Positions 1 through 7,653 of a DNA stretch of 32,000 nucleotides are shown one piece after another; position 1 is the stretch's first letter, and each line of letters begins with the position of its first letter. The stretch is taken from the NCBI RefSeq assembly GCF_000009705.1, contig NC_003272.1:6060001-6092000 (forward strand), given 5' to 3'. The DNA is from Nostoc sp. PCC 7120 = FACHB-418. Lineage in GTDB: Bacteria > Cyanobacteriota > Cyanobacteriia > Cyanobacteriales > Nostocaceae. The translations under genes and the position numbers were made by a program. The notes below the pieces were generated by a model, which did no database searches, was not told where the DNA came from, and saw only the letters and a list, made by a program, of their open reading frames with translations.

Positions 1-2
1 TT

Positions 3-593
3 TTATTCAGCACTTGAACTCAGCATAGCTGCCATTTTAGGAAGTAAAGCCGCAAAAGCTTTACCGCGATGACTGACAGATTTTTTCAGTTCTGGTGTCA
101 TCTCCGCAAAGGTTAATTGCTTTTCGGGAACGTAAAAAATTGGGTCATATCCGAAACCACCGCTACCAAGGGGTGCATGGAGAATTTCGCCACGACAAAT
201 ACCTTCTGCTTGCAGGGCGATCGCTCCATCAGGAGAGGCGATCGCTACTACACAGACAAATTGTGCTTGTCGGTTAACTTCACTACCTAATTCCTTCAGT
301 AACCGAGAAATTCTTTCCCCATCAGTTTTACCATAACGAGCAGAATACACCCCCGGAAGACCATTGAGGGCATCCACTTGTAAACCAGAGTCATCAGCGA
401 TCGCCCAGTTCCCTGTAGCTTTAGCAACCTCTGAGGCTTTGAGACAAGCATTAGAAGCAAAGGTATCACCTGTCTCTTCCACTTCTAATTCTGTCGGCTT
501 CAGAGTTAATTCCCAATCGGTGTTGGCGAGGTAAGCCTGCATTTCCCGCAGCTTACCTGCATTACTTGTAGCTACTATGAGGATTTTAGTCAT
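3..593 (-). CDS. rdgB: RdgB/HAM1-family non-canonical purine NTP pyrophosphatase (dITP/XTP pyrophosphatase)
   Basis: 196-aa ORF with an ATG start. Family motifs are present: N-terminal IVATSNAGKLREM, FGYDPIF and SHRGKA near the C-terminus. The size is typical for the family. Confidence 0.9.
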   Translation of the reverse strand: MTKILIVATSNAGKLREMQAYLANTDWELTLKPTELEVEETGDTFASNACLKASEVAKATGNWAIADDSGLQVDALNGLPGVYSARYGKTDGERISRLLKELGSEVNRQAQFVCVVAIASPDGAIALQAEGICRGEILHAPLGSGGFGYDPIFYVPEKQLTFAEMTPELKKSVSHRGKAFAALLPKMAAMLSSSAE

Positions 594-595
594 TA

Positions 596-637
596 GTCAA
601 CGGTCAACAGTTAACAGTCAACAGTCAACAGTCAAAA
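596..637. repeat. STRR-type heptanucleotide tandem repeat, six units (GTCAACG GTCAACA GTTAACA GTCAACA GTCAACA GTCAAAA), a permutation of CAACAGT
   Basis: Read directly from the sequence in the spacer between rdgB and the phosphohexomutase gene. CAACAGT is one of the short tandemly repeated repetitive (STRR) heptamers described in heterocystous cyanobacteria. Confidence 0.85.
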
Positions 638-668
638 CACCTTTGAACTATTGACTATTAACTAAATT

Positions 669-2105
669 TTACTCTGCCCAGTGTTTTGCCCAAGCAAGAG
701 TTTGATGAACTTGTTTCAGGGTAGAGGCTTCGCAGTAAAGGCGTAATACTGGTTCTGTGCCACTAAAGCGAATCATTAACCAGCTATTATCTACCAGGCG
801 GTATTTGTAGCCGTCGATGGTGTTGCAATCAATTACTGCTTTACCTGCAATTTCAGTTAAGGGTTGGCTTTGTAGTTGTTGTAAAAGACGCGCTCTTACG
901 TCCATGCTAGCTAAGGGTAAATCGATGCGATCGTAAGCAGAGGAAAAGCCTGTTTGCTCTTGCAACTGACGATAATAATCTCCTAAATCTAACCCAGATT
1001 CAACGATCGCCTCTAAGACATACAAGGCTGATAGTAAAGCGTCCCGTTCTGGTATGTGGCTACCGTAACCAATTCCCCCCGATTCTTCACCACCTAACAG
1101 CACTGGTGCAGCTAACATTCTGTCAGCAATATATTTATAACCAACGGCTGTTTCAAATATTGATAAGTTATGTAGGGCGGCTACCTTAGGAATTAAATCA
1201 GAACCACTCACAGTTTTGACGATTTCCCCTGTAAAGTTGCGTCTTTGAGTCAAGTGGTCAATGAGGATGGGGATTAAAATTTGGGAACTCAAAAAGTTAG
1301 CATTTCCATCTACAGCAGCGATGCGATCGCAGTCACCATCAAAAACTAACCCTACAGATAAACTAGATGGATTTGTTTCTCGGTGGTTGCGGATAGTCTC
1401 AAATAACAGGGAAAGGTATTTGGGCAAGGGTTCCGGCGCGCCACCACCAAATAAAGGATCGCGATCGCTATTTATTTCCTGTACCCGTTCGCCCAATAAT
1501 CGCCCCAAGCCTGTTGCTGCTGCGCCGTGCATCACATCAGCAAACACCGTCAGTTCACCAGAGGCGATCGCTTTGCGAATTTTGGCAATATCAACTTTGC
1601 CTTCTAAACCCTGGGTATAACTAGGCCAAGGGTCAAATTTTTCTAACTTACCAGGAGTAGCGGCGGGTGGTACTCCTGTTGATAATAATGCTTCTACATC
1701 TTTTGTGACTTCTGGCGATACCGAACCACCAAAATAACCTTTAACTTTTAATCCTAAATAAGCTCCTGGATTATGACTAGCTGTAATAACTAGCGCCCCC
1801 AAAGCATTGAGTTGTTTTGCAGCCCAACTAAATGCAGGAGTTGGCGCATAGCCTTCACTGAGCAAAACATCAAATCCGACAGCAGTGACCGCATCGGCCA
1901 CAGCACGGGCAAAATCTTCTGCCATAAATCGGCGATCGTAACCGACTATAATTGTTCGGCTGCCTACTGTCGAGTAATAAGTATCATATAATACTTTTGC
2001 TGCAACTGGCGCAACTAAAGCTAGGCGTTCAAAGGTAAACTCGTCACCAATCACACCCCGCCAGCCGTCTGTACCAAATTTGATAGAGCTAGCTATAACT
2101 GGCAT
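669..2105 (-). CDS. alpha-D-phosphohexomutase family protein (phosphoglucomutase/phosphomannomutase type)
   Basis: 478-aa ORF. It carries the catalytic phosphoserine loop TASHNPGAYLG, the metal-binding loop FDGDCDR and the sugar-binding loop GGEESGG. ATG start at 2105 is preceded by GGAGGA (reverse complement of 2112-2120). Substrate specificity cannot be read from the sequence. Confidence 0.9.
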   Translation of the reverse strand: MPVIASSIKFGTDGWRGVIGDEFTFERLALVAPVAAKVLYDTYYSTVGSRTIIVGYDRRFMAEDFARAVADAVTAVGFDVLLSEGYAPTPAFSWAAKQLNALGALVITASHNPGAYLGLKVKGYFGGSVSPEVTKDVEALLSTGVPPAATPGKLEKFDPWPSYTQGLEGKVDIAKIRKAIASGELTVFADVMHGAAATGLGRLLGERVQEINSDRDPLFGGGAPEPLPKYLSLLFETIRNHRETNPSSLSVGLVFDGDCDRIAAVDGNANFLSSQILIPILIDHLTQRRNFTGEIVKTVSGSDLIPKVAALHNLSIFETAVGYKYIADRMLAAPVLLGGEESGGIGYGSHIPERDALLSALYVLEAIVESGLDLGDYYRQLQEQTGFSSAYDRIDLPLASMDVRARLLQQLQSQPLTEIAGKAVIDCNTIDGYKYRLVDNSWLMIRFSGTEPVLRLYCEASTLKQVHQTLAWAKHWAE

Positions 2106-2289
2106 TAGATTATCCTCCGTCTACACCTGAGGATTCTAGCATTTGTACAGTCACTCAAGTAACAAAAGAGGCAGACCATATGGTGCAGAATGCAGGGAGC
2201 AATTGCGGATGAGTACAGATGTATTTAGAGATGTTGCACTGCAACGTCTTTAATCTTATATTCGTATCAATATAGACATAAATATTAAT

Positions 2290-2317
2290 AATCCTTAATA
2301 GAATACTATTAAGGATT
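2290..2317 (-). terminator. perfect 12-bp inverted repeat hairpin (AATCCTTAATAG aata CTATTAAGGATT), a candidate terminator of the ParM-like operon or a protein-binding palindrome
   Basis: Read directly. It lies about 43 nt downstream of the stop of the 162-aa ORF. On the minus strand it is followed by A/T-rich sequence (ATTAATATTTAT). The stem is AT-rich, so terminator strength is uncertain. Confidence 0.4.
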
Positions 2318-2359
2318 GATAGCCATAGTTTATAAATGGCTGACAATTATGTTTTTCCG

Positions 2360-2848
2360 TTAAAAATCATCTAGATATTGACTTAAGCGACTAATAACGG
2401 GGTCAACTTCTTCTGTTGACTCAACAGCATAATTAGCAGGGTTTACGACATCTGCTGCTGGTACTGATTGGGGCGGAGAGTAAACCACAGGTCGCTCTGT
2501 CACCACAATTGCGAGGTGCGCCAGTTGTTGCGTCAACTGCAAAATCTGGCGCTCAAGTGATTCCAAGCGATTAGATTCCTTGGCAAAAAAACGTTCCTCA
2601 AGGTCAGCTAGTTGACGTTGCAGTTCATCGATTTTTTGTTCAACCGGCTCTGTTGTAGTTGTTCTGAGAGCTGGTTTTACAGATTCCGGTACGCATAGAG
2701 CTTGCCACAAAGCTTCTTTGCAGAGGTCGCTAAAGGTCTTTTCCGGTTGTTTTTCTAGATAGTTTTCTACAACCGCTAATAAGCTTTCATCAGCGACTTC
2801 TGGGTTGAACGTAACCGATTTAACTACTTTTTTTGACCATTGGAACAT
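2360..2848 (-). CDS. hypothetical protein with a putative N-terminal ribbon-helix-helix-like segment, a central coiled coil and an acidic C-terminal tail (ParR-like adaptor candidate)
   Basis: 162-aa ORF. Its ATG lies 5 nt after the stop of the upstream ParM-like gene, suggesting translational coupling. The N-terminus KSVTFNPEV / ESLLAVVENYLEK / TFSDLCKEALWQAL fits a strand-helix-helix pattern by eye. The heptad-like stretch is EQKIDELQRQLADLEERFFAKESNRLESLERQILQLTQQLAHL. The tail is EEVDPVISRLSQYLDDF. I recognise no family with certainty. Confidence 0.6.
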   Translation of the reverse strand: MFQWSKKVVKSVTFNPEVADESLLAVVENYLEKQPEKTFSDLCKEALWQALCVPESVKPALRTTTTEPVEQKIDELQRQLADLEERFFAKESNRLESLERQILQLTQQLAHLAIVVTERPVVYSPPQSVPAADVVNPANYAVESTEEVDPVISRLSQYLDDF

Positions 2849-2853
2849 TCGTT

Positions 2854-4005
2854 TTAAGCCCTAGCAGCACGATTGGAGGATAATTGGGCCTCTCCATAAA
2901 TATACTGCCCCAAGGCGTTCGCTTGTCTAGAAGGAGCAGCTAAGTGGGCGCTAATCTGGGCATCCTTAAGTAGACGTTGTACATCTTCCCAGAAAAATTC
3001 GCCACCACCACCAGTGATAATCACATCGGTGACACGTTCTGGCAACCAAGCCAACACACGACTGCAAATTTCTCGTGAAAATTGCTCTATCAAGTTGGGC
3101 AGAGAATCATCTAGATTTGTTGGTTTACTAGCACCTTTAGGACGATAAAAGCGTTCGCCTTTGGGTTTGTTGACAGCAGAAATTAAGGCCAAAGACTGAC
3201 TATCTGCACCATCAATTTCGGCAGCTACTAATTCATAGAACTTGTTCATGCCAAAATCTTCACTCTTAGAAGCACCGCGTGCAAAGCGGAAATTATCTAC
3301 CATCAATAAATCAATAGTTTGATGCCCAATATCAACAATTGCTGTGGAGATTTTTGTAAAATCGGGGCTAGCACCACCTTTTTTAGGTTGAGCTTCCGAC
3401 CAGAGAAGACTACCATAGCCTTCTGGCATTACCCAAACCTTGGTGATATTCAAAGATACAGATTCACCTCGAAAATTGAGAACATGAGGCCCGGTGACTT
3501 GGCTAGTTAACTGTGCTTTTTCCCTTTCAAATTGCTCCAACGAGAGAAAAGGTAGACCAAGTACAACAGAAATTTCATCTTTGAGTTTGAAGTAGCCAGC
3601 ACTAGCCAGTACCTTAATTAGTGCATCTTCTACTTTAGATTGACCGACTCCCAAATTAGCCCCAAAGTCTGCTGCTAATTGACCAACGGCATAGCCTTTG
3701 CCTTGATATTCCAACCACAAATCCATTAACGGGTCAGTAGCACGGGCTTCAAAAACGCCCCCGCGTACTTGTTCTATTGACATTTGCTTGACGTTGGCGG
3801 GTACGAACACAACGTTATTGGGTTCGCGTCCGACACAGGTTTTTGTGGAAGTTCTGCCTAAGTCAACACTGAGAATCGATTTGCTCGAACCATTATTTGG
3901 CTTGTTGTTGGCTGGAGCGGCATTGATTGGGGTAGATGCTGACACTCTGTTTAAAGGGATGGCAGCAGCATTCATTGGAGTAGCGGCGGAAGGTTGGTCT
4001 GTCAT
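2854..4005 (-). CDS. ParM/StbA-like actin-fold (ASKHA) ATPase
   Basis: 383-aa ORF with an ATG preceded by GAGGAA. Actin-fold nucleotide-binding motifs occur in the canonical order: phosphate-1 SVDLGRTSTK, phosphate-2 VDIGHQTIDL and adenosine motif VIITGGGGEFF. About 45 aa of Ala/Pro/Asn-rich low-complexity extension precedes the fold. Confidence 0.75.
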   Translation of the reverse strand: MTDQPSAATPMNAAAIPLNRVSASTPINAAPANNKPNNGSSKSILSVDLGRTSTKTCVGREPNNVVFVPANVKQMSIEQVRGGVFEARATDPLMDLWLEYQGKGYAVGQLAADFGANLGVGQSKVEDALIKVLASAGYFKLKDEISVVLGLPFLSLEQFEREKAQLTSQVTGPHVLNFRGESVSLNITKVWVMPEGYGSLLWSEAQPKKGGASPDFTKISTAIVDIGHQTIDLLMVDNFRFARGASKSEDFGMNKFYELVAAEIDGADSQSLALISAVNKPKGERFYRPKGASKPTNLDDSLPNLIEQFSREICSRVLAWLPERVTDVIITGGGGEFFWEDVQRLLKDAQISAHLAAPSRQANALGQYIYGEAQLSSNRAARA

Positions 4006-4226
4006 AAAATTCCTCGTGCTTACTTACCTGTAAAAAGTTATCATGCCCGTCGTACAAACATGGGGGATACCAGAATTTCTGAGTTTCGTCAAGTGTAGCT
4101 ATAAATACGCCAAATTTTAAAATTTTAGTAAAATTTAGGCGATCGCTTCTTCAGCATTATTTGGCATAGTGTAGGCGAATTTTTACCAGATGTAACCCCC
4201 AGTTGTAAACAAAAAAGAACTTTGCT

Positions 4227-4844
4227 TCAAATTCTGGTGTTTCTAAGCTTACGTTTGACTGCCCAGAGTACAAACACCAGAAATAAAGCCCCTAGTACAA
4301 TTTTGGATACAGGGGCAAGGTACTTATCCACAAGTTCATACTGACTACCTAAAAGATACCCTGAGTATGTTAACAAACCAACCCAGGCGGCGCTACCTAA
4401 AGTTGTATAAAATAGAAAAGGTAGCAAGGGCATATTACTGACCCCTGCCGGTACGGAAATTAAAGTCCGAACTCCCGGAATCAGACGACCCATGAAAACC
4501 GCCTTGTTACCTTGAGAGTCAAACCAGCGCTTTGCTTTGGTTATATCTTTGCTAGATACACTAATCCACTTGCCATATTTATCTGCTAAATATCGTAAAC
4601 GCTGTTCACCCAAAAACTTCCCTGGATAATACCAGATAAGTGCGCCAATTGTAGAACCTAAAAGTCCAGCAATAAACACACCTATGATGTTCAGTCTTGA
4701 GCCTGGCAAGTTGGCTGTGTAACCGGCCAATGGCATGATTAATTCTGAAGGAATTGGCGGAAACAGGTTCTCTACAAACATTAAAAGACCAATTCCCCAA
4801 TAACCCAGAGATTCAATAATATTTTTTATCCAGTCGGATGACAT
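4227..4844 (-). CDS. DedA (SNARE-associated/VTT) family membrane protein
   Basis: 205-aa hydrophobic ORF with the DedA signature region FVENLFPPIPSELIMPLAGY and GRLIPGVRTLISVPAG. Confidence 0.85.
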   Translation of the reverse strand: MSSDWIKNIIESLGYWGIGLLMFVENLFPPIPSELIMPLAGYTANLPGSRLNIIGVFIAGLLGSTIGALIWYYPGKFLGEQRLRYLADKYGKWISVSSKDITKAKRWFDSQGNKAVFMGRLIPGVRTLISVPAGVSNMPLLPFLFYTTLGSAAWVGLLTYSGYLLGSQYELVDKYLAPVSKIVLGALFLVFVLWAVKRKLRNTRI

Positions 4845-5124
4845 CTTTTGGGACTGTTGTATTATTTTAGTTGCTAAGTTTAACTCTAGTTTTAGTAAAA
4901 CTTAACAATTTTCCCTTCTTCAAGGTAACAAATTAGGGTCTGGATAGTAAGAGTCTAGCACCAGATGTAGGCTTTTTCGCATGGGTAAAAACGGCTAACG
5001 GTTACTTACTCAATATGTAAGATTAATAACCATGAGCCAAGCATTATAGCCGTCTGACAATTGAAATTCTAATTTTTTAGCTGCGTCAACAGTATGATTT
5101 TATGGCTTAGGCTGATATGCACTG

Positions 5125-5169
5125 AAAAAGCAGAGGGGTGAAGACCTAGACTAAGTATTCGCCTCTGCT
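5125..5169 (-). terminator. rho-independent terminator candidate downstream of the Gfo/Idh/MocA gene
   Basis: On the minus strand, AGCAGAGG ... CCTCTGCT forms an 8-bp GC-rich stem, extendable with a bulge. It is followed directly by TTTTT and starts 13 nt after the stop codon at 5182. The loop is rather long. Confidence 0.55.
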
Positions 5170-5181
5170 CCCTTACTTCAT

Positions 5182-6282
5182 TTATATGCTTTGAGTCAGT
5201 GATTGTACCCTTGATTCTGATTGCCAGTCTAACGGGTTCCATACCCGCTCTTCTAAAGCCATTTGCTCAATTAAACTTGCTAATCTGAGGGCTTTAAGAG
5301 CTTGTTCACCACCCACAGAAGGTTGATTCCCACCGTGTACACAGTTGACAAAATGCTCAAGCTCTGCACTCAAGGGTTGAACGTTAGTAGTATAAACTTT
5401 CTCAATTAAACCATCTTGCCTGTAATGGCGATGGTCATTTACTGAGCTAGCAGCAGTTTGACGGTGTATCAAAATTTCGTTTTTGAGAAAATCTGCTTCA
5501 GTGAAAGAGTTTTTACAATGGGCAACTATGCGACGGATTTTTCGATGAGTCACTTTGCTGGCAGTTAGAGTTGCAACGATCCCATTAGCAAACCCTAGAG
5601 TTGCAGTCACATAATCCAAATAGCCAGAGTCTAAGGCGCGAGTTCCACTGGCAGTTAATTTTGTTACTGGTGAAGCAGCCAATTCTAGCAGTAAATCAAT
5701 ATCATGGATCATTAAATCCAGCACGACTGAAACATCATTGGCGCGGTCTGAGTAAGGACTCATGCGGTGAGCTTCTAGTGCGAGAACTTCTTCAGTTTTC
5801 ATCACTTTGCTCAGTTCTCTAAAAGCTGGGTTGAAGCGCTCAATATGCCCAACTTGGAGGATACATTGAGACTCGGCGGCAGCATTGACAAGTGATTCTG
5901 CTTCAGAAATACTAGCAGCGATCGGCTTTTCAATTAAAACGTGAATTCCCGCTAACAAACAGTTGATGCCTACAGCATAGTGTAAGCGAGTGGGAACAGC
6001 TATGCACACAGCTTCCACATGGGGAAGCAGGTCACAGTAATCTTCGAAAAACCGCACTTTGTATTTACTAGCGGTTTCTAGGCCTCGTTCGACGTTGATG
6101 TCGGAAACACCAACTAGTTCAACATCTTTCATTGAACTGAGTACACGGGTGTGATGTTGTCCCATGTTACCTACGCCGATTACGCCTACGCGTATCGGTC
6201 GTGGCTGGTTGCGCTGTGTATGTGAATTTGGTTCTGCCACTGACATGCTATTTTGCACTATTGTTCTCTCCTCAACCACCAA
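5182..6282 (-). CDS. Gfo/Idh/MocA family NAD(P)-dependent oxidoreductase
   Basis: The N-terminal Rossmann motif IRVGVIGVGNMGQHH and the EKP motif (LIEKPIA) are typical of the family. The ORF-track start at 6282 is a TTG. A GTG at 6258 (GAGGAG 9 nt upstream) or the ATG at 6246 are alternative starts. Confidence 0.85.
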   Translation of the reverse strand: MVVEERTIVQNSMSVAEPNSHTQRNQPRPIRVGVIGVGNMGQHHTRVLSSMKDVELVGVSDINVERGLETASKYKVRFFEDYCDLLPHVEAVCIAVPTRLHYAVGINCLLAGIHVLIEKPIAASISEAESLVNAAAESQCILQVGHIERFNPAFRELSKVMKTEEVLALEAHRMSPYSDRANDVSVVLDLMIHDIDLLLELAASPVTKLTASGTRALDSGYLDYVTATLGFANGIVATLTASKVTHRKIRRIVAHCKNSFTEADFLKNEILIHRQTAASSVNDHRHYRQDGLIEKVYTTNVQPLSAELEHFVNCVHGGNQPSVGGEQALKALRLASLIEQMALEERVWNPLDWQSESRVQSLTQSI

Positions 6283-6868
6283 ACTTAGAGACGCTATGGC
6301 CTTTGGCTTTTATACTAAACAGCCAGTACAGCCAGTTATGATCCGTCTAAAACCATCCAGATGGTAACATAGAGGCCTTGTTTATGAAGAATTTCAAAGT
6401 TTGTAATCAGTTCCCGTAATCTAGATGTCTTTTGTTGGGACATTTCTAGATTTCTGGTTTGCGTGTGCTTTTCAAAGCACAGCTTATGTATTTTTATTTA
6501 CGCATAATCACCCATGTATACTCTAAGTAGTTATCTTCTCAATCTTTTTAGGTAGTCTAGTAGTTTGATGAGTAATTAATAATTTCATTGTTAGTAAAAT
6601 CACTAATTAATATAAATAATACACGGAGATGAACAAATAAAAAAATATTTATGGAAAATTGTCTGAACGAATTTACTCAGATAATTTTTGCATAATAATT
6701 GTCATTATTTGCAGATTTATTCTTCTATTTTTATGGAGATAGGGAAATGGAGAGTAAGGAGTGAAGACAATATATTTTTGAAACTTGGTTGTGGGCTTTT
6801 ACCCATAGTTGTCTGGCTATTGCTAGCAGGGTGATCGAGTAATTAACTATCCAAAATTTGGAACTTAA

Positions 6869-7558
6869 ATGAAAGCTGTCATTTTATTATCTGGGGGATT
6901 AGACTCTTCCACAATTTTGTACCAAGCAAAAGCCGATGGTTGTGAATGTTATTCTATTTCTTTTGATTACCAGCAGCGACATCGACGAGAGCTGCACTCA
7001 GCTTTTTTGGTGGCGCAGACCGCAGGAATAGTACAACATCAAGTTATCAATTTTGACCTCCGGCTTTGGGGTGGTTCAGCATTAACCGATGACAATATCG
7101 ATTTACCGCAAGAACGTTCCCTAGATGCCATGTCACAAAATATTCCTGTTACCTACGTACCAGCACGAAATACAATTTTTTTAAGTTTTGCTTTGGCTTA
7201 TGCTGAAGCGATCGCCGCACAGCGAGTTTATATAGGAGTCAATGCCCTAGATTATTCAGGATATCCTGACTGTCGTCCTGACTATATCGAGGCGATGCAG
7301 GAAGTTTTCCGTCTGGGAACCAAACAAGGACGGGAGGGTCAACCCATTAACATTGTTGCTCCCTTGATTAATTTGAAAAAAACCGAAATTATTCAACTAG
7401 GCAATCAATTAGGCGTTCCCTGGAACTTAACTTGGTCATGTTATGCGGGTGGTGATGTTGCTTGCGGTGTCTGTGATTCTTGCCGCTTACGCCTAGCAGC
7501 TTTCGCAGAGTTAGGGTTAGAAGATCCGCTTCCTTATGCTTACTTGAAAGGGGTGTAG
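6869..7558 (+). CDS. queC: 7-cyano-7-deazaguanine (preQ0) synthase
   Basis: 229-aa ORF with the PP-loop LLSGGLDSST at the N-terminus and the C-terminal Zn-binding Cys cluster CYAGGDVACGVCDSCRLR. Length and layout are typical of QueC. Confidence 0.93.
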   Translation: MKAVILLSGGLDSSTILYQAKADGCECYSISFDYQQRHRRELHSAFLVAQTAGIVQHQVINFDLRLWGGSALTDDNIDLPQERSLDAMSQNIPVTYVPARNTIFLSFALAYAEAIAAQRVYIGVNALDYSGYPDCRPDYIEAMQEVFRLGTKQGREGQPINIVAPLINLKKTEIIQLGNQLGVPWNLTWSCYAGGDVACGVCDSCRLRLAAFAELGLEDPLPYAYLKGV

Positions 7559-7584
7559 GGGTTTAAGGGTATAAGGGTGTAGGG
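7550..7584. repeat. degenerate G-rich 7-9-mer tandem repeat (GGGGTGTA GGGGTTTAA GGGTATAA GGGTGTA GGG)
   Basis: Read directly. It overlaps the last codons and the stop of queC and extends into the spacer. It resembles STRR-type repeats but is irregular. Confidence 0.4.
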
Positions 7585-7653
7585 AAAAGATATTTTTCTG
7601 GTTTGGCGGTGAAACTTGTTTTATTGGGACTGTCTCATAAAAGTCTCTGATCC

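Noticed and set aside
1261-1620. Internal or overlapping ORFs opposite housekeeping genes (for example 95-277, 1261-1620, 3319-3510, 3788-4033, 5601-5822, 6164-6367, 8219-8437, 9247-9429, 9541-9882, 10531-10746, 13241-13474, 13736-13972, 16430-16657, 16781-17110, 17668-17895, 19969-20232, 21026-21217, 21478-21660).
   Set aside because: Each is embedded antisense in, or overlaps the end of, a longer ORF with clear family motifs. None shows a recognisable domain or an RBS.
2155-2346. 63-aa minus-strand ORF in the spacer between the coiled-coil ORF and the phosphohexomutase gene.
   Set aside because: The sequence is AT-rich and low-complexity. The ORF spans the hairpin and palindrome elements and the expected promoter of the downstream gene. 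It has no recognisable RBS or domain, so it is most likely non-coding.
4606-4800. Second minus-strand ORF (64 aa) inside the DedA gene in another frame.
   Set aside because: It is fully nested in the DedA coding region, which has strong family motifs, and nothing supports dual coding.
6780-6868. Possible preQ1 riboswitch in the queC leader.
   Set aside because: Only a weak 4-bp TGGG/CCCA hairpin is present (about 6792-6808). The characteristic A-rich tail with the conserved CTA pseudoknot element is not visible.
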